DNA of 64,000 nt, taken from Octopus vulgaris. Its lineage: Eukaryota. The DNA is taken from the NCBI GenBank assembly GCA_951406725.2, contig OX597833.1, forward strand, positions 71,114,001-71,178,000, read 5' to 3'. Below, in pieces: positions 1-11,700 of this stretch (the stretch's first letter is position 1; each line of letters opens with the position of its first letter). The notes under the pieces are model-generated. The model made no database searches and had not been told where the DNA came from. It saw only the letters and a list, made by a program, of their open reading frames with translations. A program made the translations under genes and the position numbers.

Positions 1-578
1 TGGTGGTGGTGGTGGTGGTGGTGGTGGTGGTGGTGGTGGTGGTGGTGGTGGTGGTGGTGGTGGTGGTGGTGGTGGTGGTGGTGGTGGTGGTGGTGGTGGT
101 GGTGGTGGTGGTGGTGGTGGTGGTGGTGGTGGTGGTGGTGGTGGTGGTGGTGGTGGTGGTGGTGGTGGTGGTGGTGGTGGTGGTGGTGGTGGTGGTGGTG
201 GTGGTGGTGGTGGTGGTGGTGGTGGTGGTGGTGGTGGTGGTGGTGGTGGTGGTGGTGGTGGTGGTGGTGGTGGTGGTGGTGGTGGTGGTGGTGGTGGTGG
301 TGGTGGTGGTGGTGGTGGTGGTGGTGGTGGTGGTGGTGGTGGTGGTGGTGGTGGTGGTGGTGGTGGTGGTGGTGGTGGTGGTGGTGGTGGTGGTGGTGGT
401 GGTGGTGGTGGTGGTGGTGGTGGTGGTGGTGGTGGTGGTGGTGGTGGTGGTGGTGGTGGTGGTGGTGGTGGTGGTGGTGGTGGTGGTGGTGGTGGTGGTG
501 GTGGTGGTGGTGGTGGTGGTGACGGCAGTGGTGGTGGTGGTGGTGGTGGTGGTGGTGGTGGTGGTGGTGGTGGTGGTG
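1..578. repeat. (GGT)n trinucleotide array, runs off the left edge of the window
   Basis: Nearly perfect GGT repeat with one short interruption near 521-528; explains the poly-Val ORF 3..686. Confidence 0.98.
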
Positions 579-579
579 G

Positions 580-930
580 GGGTTATTTTTGGCCAAGCGC
601 TTCTGCTGCGGCTGCCTCACCTGGAAGATAGCTTTGGTAGTGTTTCTTTCAGGTACAAAAACCAAGCTGCATCTCACCTAGGTTAACTCTTTTCCTAATT
701 AATTGACTCGTTACTCTTTCTGTAACTTTCATCACCTGTTCCAGTAATTGGATGACTCTGTAATTACTTCTGTCCAAGGTATCCCTTTTACCTTTACAGG
801 AGTGACTCCCTTGTGGACAACCTGACTAACTCTATGGGTGACAAGCTCATATCCCACTCCACCAGATATTTTAAGCGTCTCAGTGGTGATTCCTGATGGG
901 CCAGGAGCTTTCTGTGTACCATACTTCATG
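580..930 (-). mobile_element. RTE-clade LINE reverse transcriptase fragment (degenerate)
   Basis: Minus strand translates, with frameshifts, KAPGPSGITTETLKISGGVGYELVTH...LGEMQLGF(V)PERNTTKAIFQVRQPQQKRLAKN, matching the RTE RT motifs KAPGPxGIxxEMLK and QFGFxPGRSTTDAIF. Confidence 0.85.
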
Positions 931-1120
931 TGTGTGAGTGTGTATTTCGTTTTTGGATTTGGTTTGCAAGATTCTTTCTGTGAGATCGTGTGTTGAAGCA
1001 TATTCTGTTGTGTCTGGAGAGAGTCATTTTCTTTTTGTGACTTATAATTTAGCAAACTCACCAGTGACTGTGTTAAATTATAAGGCACCAAAAGAGAATG
1101 ACTCTCCCCAGACACAACAG

Positions 1121-1156
<36 letters not shown>

Positions 1157-1684
1157 CTTACTTGGAGAAGAGAAACGACGTGTGCGTTCAGTCATATAAT
1201 AACAATATAATAAATAAATAAAATATATGCATATATACATACGCATATGTACATACTTACATCTATATGTATATATACAAGCATATATATATATATGAGT
1301 ACAGGACACCACAAATAAACGTAGAACACGAGAAATGAAAACAAAATCAAACAAGGAAATGGACCTTTTTTTAACAACGAAAAAACAGAGTACAGGACAA
1401 ACAATACAAGGAATATTCCCCTGCATCAGCTGCCCCTGGTTCGACTCAATGCGTGTTTTTGCAATTCACCTGACTGGTTCCCATACAGTTTCACCTGCAT
1501 TACACTTACAAGCTATGGATGGACCAGGGACTACAAAAAGTGACATTTGCCCAAGATGCCATACTGTAGGCTTGACCTCACGATTGCAAAGCAAACTTCT
1601 TCACCACAGCCCCATATCATGCATCTCTTTTGTATTTCCAATATTTAATATTATGCGAGAGATTTCTAACATAGGATCAAAGCT

Positions 1685-2309
1685 TTAACTCTTCCGATAC
1701 TGTATTTATTACTGTGTTTCTTTCAATTACTTTAAATATAACAAAGAATTTAGTAAAACAACTTCGTTATCATTCAGCTAGTATTAGGAACATAAATTGT
1801 GACTAAGGTTTGGTGGGAGATTTTAATTCAAAACTTTTGAAAACAAGACATTTGTATTACAGAGCCAGAGGCGGTTTCAGCCGGGTTGGTATCAAAAGGG
1901 TTAATTTGCAGATTTTGTTTCACATAGTTGTTTGACTTGTTAGAAATAGCAGCCAAATCTTGTGCAAATTGAAAACATATTTGACTGACTGTCTTTAACC
2001 CTTTCGTCACTATATTTCTGTTGAGATGCTCTGTTTCTTTTAATTACTTCAAATATAAGAAAGAATTTAGTAAAATAACTTAGTTATCATTAAGCTAGTG
2101 TTAGGAACATAAATTGTGACTAAGGTTTGGTGGAAGATTTTGATACAAAACTTATGGAAACAAGACATTTGTATTACAGAGCCAGAGGCGGTTTCAGCCA
2201 GGTTGGTAATGAAAGGGTTAATTTGCAGATTTTGTTTCACATAGTTGTTTGACTTGTTAGAAATAGCAGCCAAATCTTGTGCAAATTGGAAACATATTTG
2301 ACTGACTGT
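1685..2309. mobile_element. Tandem piggyBac-type MITEs (~220 bp, TTAA-flanked) each followed by the same 90-bp spacer
   Basis: Copies at 1685-1904 and 1995-2221 have CCCTTT...AAAGGG-type termini flanked by TTAA (left end of the first copy is degenerate); spacers at 1905-1994 and 2222-2309. Confidence 0.8.
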
Positions 2310-4399
2310 GAAACTATGGTATCTGATTAAACCATTTTCGTTTTTATTATTAGCTGTGCAACCGATTGACGCACTTAATGGTAGAATTGATGTTTTTTTT
2401 CACTTTTCTTCCATTTTTCTGTCTTCAGTATTTCAATGTGGACTTTTTATGGAATTGAATACTTTTTATGATAAGAAAAAATAAAAATTTTTGATGCTTC
2501 CTTAAAATTGACATTAATGAAAAGAAAATTAGCAAAACAGGCAATTTTTCATCCTAAAACCATTTCGCAACTGAAATACTGGAATTTCTTCCTGGAGGCA
2601 ATCTTTCTCTTGAAGAATCACAGCATTGAAACGTCTATGGCCAAAGGGAAATAACTCCTGTGATTTTTGCTCATCTCTTTTGTCACACAGCCACACCTAT
2701 GCTGATGATTTCATTAAAAAAAAAAGTCTTTTAGTCAGGGGAAAGAGCCAGTGTCCCTGGACCCATCGCAAAAGAACCGAGGAGACAAGAAGGGGGATGG
2801 AGGGAAGAAAATATCCTTAAGCCATAAAGCTGATTGGAATATTTGTAGCAAAGGGGACATTGCTAGCGGCACCAGAGGTGCCAGGGTGTGACATTAAACT
2901 TGGAGACCAGTTAAATCTACCACCCAAGTAGGCCATGGCGGGACTTGAACTTAGAGGGCAAAAAAGGCAGGAACAAATACCACCCAAGGCGGTGGAATGG
3001 TACCTGTTTTTTTTTTTTTTATCGGCTTAGAAGGATGGAGGACAAAGTTAGCTTCGGTAGAATTTGAAGTAAAGAGAATTGAAATACACATTATAATAAT
3101 AATAAAAACATTGTGTACAATGCTCAGGTGCACTACAACTCATCTAAAGTGTATATATAATCAGGTGTAGTTTTGGCGGATTTCGGAAAGCATGAGGGCC
3201 TTAAAGGATGCAGTGTTATGGCAGTCAACAACTGACGCAGGCAGTTTGTTCCATGCTTCAGCAACCCTGAGCATGAAAAAATGTTTCCGAAAGTCATGGG
3301 AGCTGTGCTGTTTTCTGACTTTATGTCCGATGCTCTAACGATTCTACCAATCCATTACTTTCACATTTTAGTACAAGGGCAAAAATTTCAGGGGAGAGAT
3401 AAGTTGATTACATCGATCCCAATACTCAATCAGTATAGCCTGTGGTAGGCTCAAATGAAGCAGGCCTTATCCGAAGGCCATAGTGGGTTAGCTTTACACT
3501 CTGGCGCGAAAAAGTAGGGAGACAAACTGCGCCAGATGCTAACCAATCAGATCAGTGGACGCAACAGGGTCAAACTAGCCAAAGATGGTTGTAATCTCAA
3601 ACGAGATCATTCTTATTGTGTCTCTCAAACAGTGAGGATATCAGATATACTACAAGTACTTACTTTGTCGACCCCAAAGAGATAAAGGGCACAGTCGACC
3701 TCAGTGGAATTTGAAACCAAAACGCAATGACAGACGAAATGCTGCTAAAAGATTCTGCCATCTCATCACCTTATTCGACAACTGCTAGAATCATCCTTTA
3801 AGGCCCTCATGCTTTCTGAAATCCGCCGAAACTACACCTGATTGTCCCCCTTCCATACTCATACACATATGTGTATGTCATGACTCATGCACTGTTCTTT
3901 TCCTGACGCTTGTACATTACCCTATGTACTATACATACACTTTAGATGAGTTGTAGTGCACCTGTGCACTGTACACAATGTTTTATTATTATTATTATTA
4001 TTATTATTATCTTAAACTCAACTTCAAAGAAAATAAACCAAGTAATGTGGTTGGTGCAATTAATGAGAAAGAATTGCTTTATTTTGAATGTTTATCTTGA
4101 AAGTAGAGTTTTTTCTCCAGCCGATACGGGAAGACACCCTGCGATTGGATGGGATACCCTGCAGCATGTGTGTGTGTGTGTGTGTGTGTGCATAGCTGAG
4201 AAGGGATAATGAGAAAGCACAGCAGAGAAACATTTCCTGGGTTGGTAATTCGGTTCTCGTTTGCCTTTCACAGAATTCATTATGATGCAAACATTTGAAT
4301 GAAGTCTGAGGTTAATTTTCAGAGCATTCTACCACCAAAAACATTTGGGAACTCTGAAAAAAGTTATTGGTGCTACCATTCATCTTCTTAGCAGATTCG

Positions 4400-5975
4400 C
4401 TGAGTCTAGAAGAAGGGGTAAAACCGATGGCCCTTTTCGGGTCCTCCGAGATTAGTGAGGTTGATGTTGTTAATATTCCGTTTAAACTGATGCAGGTTAA
4501 CAGCTGCAAGAAAGATATGAGGAGGGAGGAGACTCCAGCAGGATGAATTCATGGGAAGAAAGATTTGTATTTAGTGCGTGGGGGAGAGGTAAATGGATCA
4601 GACATGACATGGGTAGCGAGAGATGTGTAGCAGATGCTTAGGGAAATTCTCTCTCTCTCTCTGACATTTATAACATAAATACGGCCGGAACAGATAACAG
4701 CTAACCTTCGCCCATTTGGACCCTGTTGTGTCCACTACTCTGATTGGTTGGTATTGGCACAATTTGTCTCTTGCTCTATTATGCACCAATGTGCAACCCA
4801 AACAATCGCAGCCTTCTGATAAGGTCCTGTGACACAGTCTTCTAAATTCTCCATTGGAGCCTCCTAGTCCCTATAAAAGCCAGTTACAAAAATCGTATTT
4901 CGTCGTTGGTTCTAGACCTTCTAAGGTCTAACCGTTGACCACAGAGCACACAGCCAGTTCCAGTGACAGACAACACCAGCAGCAATCAGGACCTCCATCT
5001 CTGTTGCCTTCATCTTAACAATGCCTCTATGTACACAGCAACACATGCTCAGGTTTAACTCCTCACTGTTTGTGAATTCCTTCACCATGGTTAACAGCAA
5101 GTATTACCTGCTAGATCTTCCTGTATCAAGTGACCAGCAGCGGCATTGTAGCCACAACAGCTTACATGACACGTGCTTCAACCGGCTCTGCTTTTACGCC
5201 ACAACTTCTTGTTACAGCTCTTCAACTATTATGTACCTTACTACGAACTGGTATTTATCTTCATTGTGTCTGAACTTCTAGCGTCCTGTTATAGACTCTT
5301 TCCATGCTCTGTATTTTATCTCACATGCATTGCACCCTTGTTTGTACACACTTGCACTTTATGTATGCATGACGGCCTGTCTATTGTTATTATCATTATA
5401 TATGTATTTATGTCACACACACAGACACACATGTTAACAGCTAAATAAAATCTTTCTCTCAAACATTCTAACGGTTGTGTCATCTTTCTTTTCCTTCTGG
5501 TACTTATACTTTTTATCCTTTTTGCTTTTATTGTAAGCGACCGTGCAGTGTATTAAAGGAGTCAGTCATTCGTCACCTCTCCTTTCGCACGGTCGTTCTA
5601 CGGATGGAAAGACAAGTGGGTCGAAGGTACCTGAGAGGTGGAGGTACAGAGTCAAGCAAATCTGAGTGACATAGGCCATTATAGGAGCGATAGAAAAGAC
5701 GGAGGAGCGAAGGGACACTACATCTATGGACCAGAGGCTAGAATGTGTGTGTTAGTGATGGGCTGCCAATCAACTGAGCGACTCTTCTCTCTATGCAGTC
5801 CCCGATGTCAGTGTGTGGTGTAGCAAGTAGCAACATCTCGGATATAGGCGCAATATTGCATCGTGGGCTTTGCAGAGTGTCAACAGCTGTTCGGGTGCGA
5901 AATATTTTCTGGCCCCGAACAGAAGAGATAGTCTTATGGATATATGCTAAGAGAGATCCTTGGTGATAGTGAGGC
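4400..5975 (-). mobile_element. CR1/L2/Jockey-superclade LINE 3' fragment split by a solo LTR
   Basis: Minus-strand peptide remnants LFGARKYFAPEQLLTL...CIERRVAQLIGSPSLT...LFYRSYNGLC...RPTCLS (5603-5975) continue as ISRYPCHV...SLLPPHIFLAAVNLHQFKRNI (below 4625) once the LTR is removed. Confidence 0.7.
4626..5602 (+). mobile_element. Solo LTR (Gypsy-like), 977 bp
   Basis: Starts TGTAG, ends CTACG (one mismatch from CTACA), 4-bp TSD GATG at 4622-4625 and 5603-5606, internal TATA-like CTATAAAAG (~4871) and AATAAA (~5444); excising it restores the host LINE frame. Confidence 0.75.
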
Positions 5976-6044
5976 CCAGCATTTGGAACAAACATGAAGG
6001 CTCTAACTGAATGCTGCTCATGTTTAGACAGGGTTTGGTGCAAT

Positions 6045-6445
6045 GATGGCTCAGAAACCTGGACGTTATCAAAGAAGCTCGAGAGGCGATTGGATGGAAT
6101 TTACACCCGCCTCCTTATGAGAGCTCAAAATCTCTCGTGGAGGCATCATCCAACCAAAGTACAAATATATGGGAAACTACCACCTGTATCATCTCTTGTG
6201 AAAGGTAGAAGAGTCCAGTTTGCTGGACATTGTTGTAGAGCTGAAAACGAAATCATTTCTACTCTTCTCCTCTGGAAGCCATCTGCTCGCGATACCAGAG
6301 AGCGCACACTCTCTTACCCTGATGTAATCTCCAGGGATACAGGCATCCAGTAACAGGACCGACGCAATGCCATGATGGACCGTGAAGTCTGGCGTAGCAT
6401 GGTAAATTCCATTGTCTCGACCACGGTCAAACAATGATGATGATG
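6045..6445 (+). mobile_element. 5'-truncated RTE-type LINE 3' end with (TGA)n tail
   Basis: GSETWTLSKKLERRLDGIYTRLLMRAQNLSW...RRVQFAGHC, the typical RTE C-terminal motif; a near-identical copy lies at 40845-41228. Confidence 0.85.
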
Positions 6446-7029
6446 TTAAGAGTCAAGGTTGGCATAGTATCACTGGAAGATGTCTTCAAGGTTTCTGTTC
6501 ACGGAATCAATGCAGGTTTGTTGTGTGACGCCTAGGCTGTGTGTGGATGATGCAAAGTTTAGGGAGGAATGAAAAGTCAGTGTCATCTACATTATTGCAT
6601 GTACACGAGTAGACATAATAATTTGGATATTATAAAATATTTCACTGAAATCAATATCGTCGGGGTGGTCTTCTATGGACCTCACCTAGAATTATGTCAC
6701 ATTGTGTTATTGTAAGAAATCTTAATATCCTGTAAAACTATCCTAATGGATTCATGTTCGCTTTAAGTTATCTCTCCTTTAAACAAGAACCTAAGGGACA
6801 TAATTCTGAGAGCTGTGTGCCAATGCTTCAATTTACCAAATAGTGGTTCTTCTTGCTGAGGCACCAGTCTGTTTAATGCCGCTATTTATCCCGTTTAGCC
6901 CTCCACCCCAGCTCACATCTAACGTACCTACGGTGAAAAGCACTCCGGCCTAAACCATCTTGTCTTTTTTCTTAGCTTTCGTATATTTAGGACATTAGCC
7001 AATGTTGTTACCTTCCCGTTTAAAATGGT

Positions 7030-7610
7030 AAGGCGAGCGATTTTTGAGGGTGAGTTGGATGCAATTTCTAGCATTGCGCCACGCCGGGCGAAATGCGTAG
7101 CGGTATTTCGTCTGCCGTTACGTTCTGAGTTCAAATTCGGCCGAGGTCGACTTTGCCTTTCATTCTTTCGGGGTCGATAAATTAAGTACCAGTTACGCAC
7201 TGGGGTCGATGCAATCGACTTAATCCGTGTGTTTGTCCTTCTTCGTCCTCTCTGTGTTTAGCCCCTTGTGGGCAGTAAAGAAATAGGTATTTCGTCTGTC
7301 TTTACGTTCTGAGTTCAAATTCCGCCGAGGTCGACTTTGCCTATCATCCTTTTGGGGTCGATAAATTAAGTACCAGTTACGCACTGGGGTCGATATAATC
7401 GACTTAATCCGTGTGTCTGTCCTTCTTCGTCCTCTCTGTGTTTAGCCCCTTGTGGGTAGTAAAGAAATAGGTATTTCGTCTGTCTTTATGTTCTGAGTTC
7501 AAATTCCGCCGAGGTCGACTTTGCCTTTCATCCAGTTGCGTACAAGGGTCGATCTAATCGGCTGGACCCCTCCCCAAAAATGTCGGGCCTTCTGCCTAAA
7601 GTAGAAAAAA
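7030..7610 (+). mobile_element. tRNA-headed SINE with Meta-like core, internally triplicated
   Basis: Contains GTTCTGAGTTCAAATTCC (B-box-like) and GCCTTTCATCCTTTCGGGGTCGATAAATTAAGTACCAG. Other copies: 12682-13145 (nested), 36805-37015(-), 48680-48910(-), 50737-50970(+), 52203-52427(-), 56830-57063(+). Confidence 0.8.
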
Positions 7611-7729
7611 AAAATATGAGAAGTTTTCCAAGAACAATAGCGATGTATGCAAAAGAAAATACTTTTGAAGAGGAAACCACTTAAGACTCCTGTGTCATAA
7701 TTGTCGTTACGATACGCCTGTAGACGAAC

Positions 7730-8682
7730 ACCTTTCTCCTCTTCCTCCGCCCACGTCTCTCCCTCTCCTCCTCTCTCATATTTCTGTTGTTTTTGCCTTT
7801 TCTTCTTCTCTCCACTCCCCCTTATTCCTTTACAAGCTTCATATCCTCCCCTTCTTCTCCTCCTATTCCCCGTGTGCTCTTATTTCAATGCTCTCTTCTC
7901 CCCTCCCTACCACCTTCTTCACCTGACATTGCATTCACCTCATCCTTCTCCTCTCTTTTCTGTTACATCTTCTACCTTGTTCTATCTCTTACTTCTCCTC
8001 TTCCTTTCTTCTCCCTTATTGTCCTTTCTCTCCTCCTCCGGCTTGCTGTTGCGTTCATTGACCTCCTTCTACCACTCTCTTTCTTTCCTCCCCGTTATGA
8101 CTTCACCCACGTTCTTCCCTCCCTTTCCTCCTCCTTGCTATAGCATTGTTTCTCGTCTCTCACTTTTCTCTTACTCTCTTTTTCCACCTCCGTCCTTTGC
8201 GATTACTTTTTCTCTCTTCACTTCGTACCATTTCCCCTCTCCTCCTTCTTCTTTCAATCACTCTTCCTTTTCCTCCTCCGCTTCACTTTCCTCCACATTC
8301 TCACTTCCTCTTCCTTCCTATTACTTTTCCCTCCCTCCTTTCCTCTCTCTGTTCTTATAGCCTTTCTCTCTCTCTCCTCCTCCCTATGCTTTCCCAGCCT
8401 TTCTCCTCCGCTTCACTTTCCTCCACATTCTCACTTCCCCTCTCTTCCTATTACTTCTCCCTCCATCCATTCCCCTGTCTGTTCTTATAGCCTTTCTCTC
8501 TCTCTCTCTCCCTCCCTATACTTTCCCAGCCTTTTTCCTCCGCTTCACTTTCCTCCACATTCTTACTTCCCCTCTCTTCCTATTACTTTTCCCTCCCTCC
8601 TTTCCTCTCTCTGTTCTTATACCCTTTCTCTCTCTCTCCCCCTCCCTATACTTTTCCCAGCCTTTCTCCTTCGCTGCACTTT
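7730..8682 (+). repeat. Polypyrimidine tract ending in three ~132-bp tandem units directly upstream of the TRAPPC2L ATG
   Basis: C/T-rich sequence; units at 8266-8397, 8398-8529 and 8530-8660 plus a partial unit, each ending TTTCCCAG. Confidence 0.85.
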
Positions 8683-8689
8683 AACAACA

Positions 8690-8722
8690 ATGGCCGTCTG
8701 TGTGGCTGTCGTCGCTAAAGAG
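8690..8722 (+). CDS. TRAPPC2L: TRAPPC2L exon 1 ([11 protein letters not shown])
   Basis: ATG in ACAATGG context; donor AG/gtaacg, phase 0. Confidence 0.95.
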
Positions 8723-11700
8723 GTAACGAATCATTCCAAGCGTTATTTACTTCGTCTCTCCGTTTTTATTTATTCTCATTAAACTTTCTCTTTTCTCATT
8801 AAATTTCTCTTCTGTAATTTCTTTGAGAGGACGAAAAAAACCCCAAAAAACCCCAGATATTTCCCGAAATCCCTGCCCTGTTTCGGTTTCCCTTTGACAC
8901 ACCTCTTTCACCAAAAACCCACGATATATTATTGTAATTGTATAACTTCAGGTCATAGTTTATTAAACTGATCTGTGATCGAAGTCATTCCGACCATGAC
9001 AGCCCTGTCTTAGCTCTAGGTTATCTAATATATCCTTCCTATTCTTGAGAGTGCGAGAGAGAGAGAGAGTGCGTGGTGTAATTCAGAAAGATTTGGCTGC
9101 TATTTCTAGTTCTCCTTGCAACCGGTGAGGGCTTCTCTCTTTGGACTGTAATGAATTATGCGTAGTTACCTAGTCCTTGAGGTTCTTCTGTATATATATA
9201 TATTTATATATATTTGTGTTTGTATTTCTTTGTCTTTATTTTATAACAAAAATGAAATACAAGTCTTCACCCCAAAGGGCGACTCGCATCGTCTGCATGG
9301 TTTGTAGGAAGAAAACAAATCTTTGGACATGAAGAGACTTAAATTTATGTTATTATATCTATTGAAGAAAGCATTAAAAAGTCGTAAACTAGTTTTATCA
9401 TCCTCACGAGTTGGTTTCTTTGATATTCCCTAAATTAAACAATGTTAACACTAACTTTACTATTATTATTTCATGCAGATGGTGTCGAGACGTAATTTAT
9501 TCGAGTACTTATTGTTTTTTTTTAAAGAGAATTAGTGGGATTTTACAAAGGGCTGAATGCTCCAAACTTTAAAATAATCATAGTGGGGAAGACTGCAAAT
9601 ATCAAGTGAAGGGCATCCAGCCGTAGAAACCATGCCAAATCGAACTGGATTCTGGTGCAGCTCTCCAGCTCTGGTCAAACTGTCCAGTTCATACCAGCAT
9701 GGACAACGGACATTAATTGATGATGACGATGATGATTTTTTTCAAGAGTGTGTCTGCCAACATCAAGGTGCTTCTCAAAAGTTGGTTTTTTAATTAAACC
9801 ATCAGATATGGCTGTGAAGAAGTTACACTGAAAATTTGTGACAAAACAAACTGGTTCAAGTGACAGATTATCAGGTAACAATCAGAGTCATACATAAATA
9901 ACGGATCTCCGATCTTTGTTGTTTTTGGCAATGAGTGTTCCAATAATCCCAATTGAAGTTGAAGTATGTGGCAGAGTATCTGGAAGACATATTGTACGAT
10001 TAATGGAATTGTTAGTGAGAATCAGTGTGACACATGTCTTGCCTGTTGAGTTACAGGACCAAATCCATCAGAGTGACTTTGAAATAGCTGTTATCTGCCT
10101 AATTTCACTAACGAGGTTTAGTTCAGCGGAGGGCTTTGGTAAAAGATATTTGCCCAAGATGCCAGGCAGTAGGATTGAAACCAACACCTCATCATTACAA
10201 ACCAAACTTCTTAATTATTTGACTACGCCTAATATTTATCTTTGATGATTATGACAACGGATTTATTTGATCCCAGGACAAGATGGAATATGGCTTATTT
10301 TTATGATTTGGTGTTGCTGAGAGATGTGACTGAGATCTTATTAGGACAACCAGTAATTTTTGGCTTTTCTACAACTCGTTAGCAATTCCTTGAAAGGCAC
10401 TAAAAACCAGGACAATGTTCTGCTCCTTTTAAGCGAAGGGTGTTAGGATTTCATTGAAAGCTTAGTCTCATAGTGTAGAGATAGTGAAGAGGAACAGATA
10501 CCTGATTTGCACACCTATCCAACCCATAGCTATGTGAAAGAGAAGATATGTCAGCACTAAAGCTCCTTAATGATTTTTTTTGTCTTTAATGCCATTTCAA
10601 TTTTGTCTTCTTGCAGAATTACCCACTCTACATCAAAACCATTCCAACAGACAATGAACTCAAGTTCTATTACACAGTCCATACATCTTTAGATGTGGTT
10701 GAAGAGAAAATTTCTTCTGTTGGTAAAAACACCAATGACCTGCGCGAACTCTACCTTGGATTGCTTTATCCAACTGAAGACTATAAAGTGTATCCTAAAT
10801 ATAGTTATTGATGTTGTTGTTGTTAAGCCTGCCCCGTAATTGAACAGATCTGTGATCATAGACATTCCAGTCTTGACGTTCCTTCATTATTGGTTCAGTT
10901 TAAGATTTCAAGAACATTCTTATATGAAAACTCCATCGGTTAGATGATGAGGTTTTCTGTTGGTCTGATCAACCGAACAACCTGCTCATTAAATTAATGT
11001 GTAAGTGGCTGAATGCTCCACAGAGACATGTGTACCCTTAACGTAGCTCTCAGGGGAGATTCAGCGTGACACAGAGTGTGACAAGGCTGGCCCTTTGAAA
11101 AACAGGTACAACTCATTTTTGCCAGCTGAGTGGACTGTAGCAATGGGAAATAAAGTGTCTTGCTCAAGGACGCAATGTGTCACTGGTTATCGAATTCACT
11201 TGATCATGAATTGGATACACCGTCCACTAAGCCATGTAGATTCACACATTCTTATATATTATCTTAAGAATAGAGACATTAATATTTTATCATGGCACCA
11301 GATTATGAAAAATTTCATCAAAATCTAAGGCTAACTGGTTGGCCTCGTTAATAAAAGTTTGCTTAATTCTAGTTGACTGGCAATAAAAATTCTCTTACAA
11401 CCATTAACTCCTGCTTAGATAAGGAACTAAAATATCTAACCAACCCTTTTTTAAGCAATGCTTACATTAACCCTTTCATTACCAATCCGGTTGAATCCGG
11501 CTCTGGTTCTGAGTGCAAATGTCTTGTTTTCATAAGTTTTGTATTAATATCTTCCACCAAACCTTAATCACAATTTATGTTCCTAACACTAGCTGAATGA
11601 TAACTAAGTTATTTTACTAAATTCTTTGTTATATTTAAAGTAAGCTAAAGAAACACAGAGCATCTCAACAGATAAATACAGTAATGAAAGGGTTAAGCTG

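Noticed and set aside
3-686. 227-aa poly-Val ORF
   Set aside because: Translation of the (GGT)n repeat running into an antisense LINE fragment; not a gene.
3441-3654. Possible short TG...CA solo LTR inside a SINE
   Set aside because: No target-site duplication found and no second copy in the window.
7701-8490. Long Leu/Ser/Phe/Pro-rich ORFs that look like membrane proteins
   Set aside because: A by-product of the pyrimidine tract, which is poor in stop codons.
9029-9042. ATATCCTT U12 AT-AC donor-like motif (also near 2811)
   Set aside because: No adjoining exon or matching branch site and AC acceptor; expected by chance.
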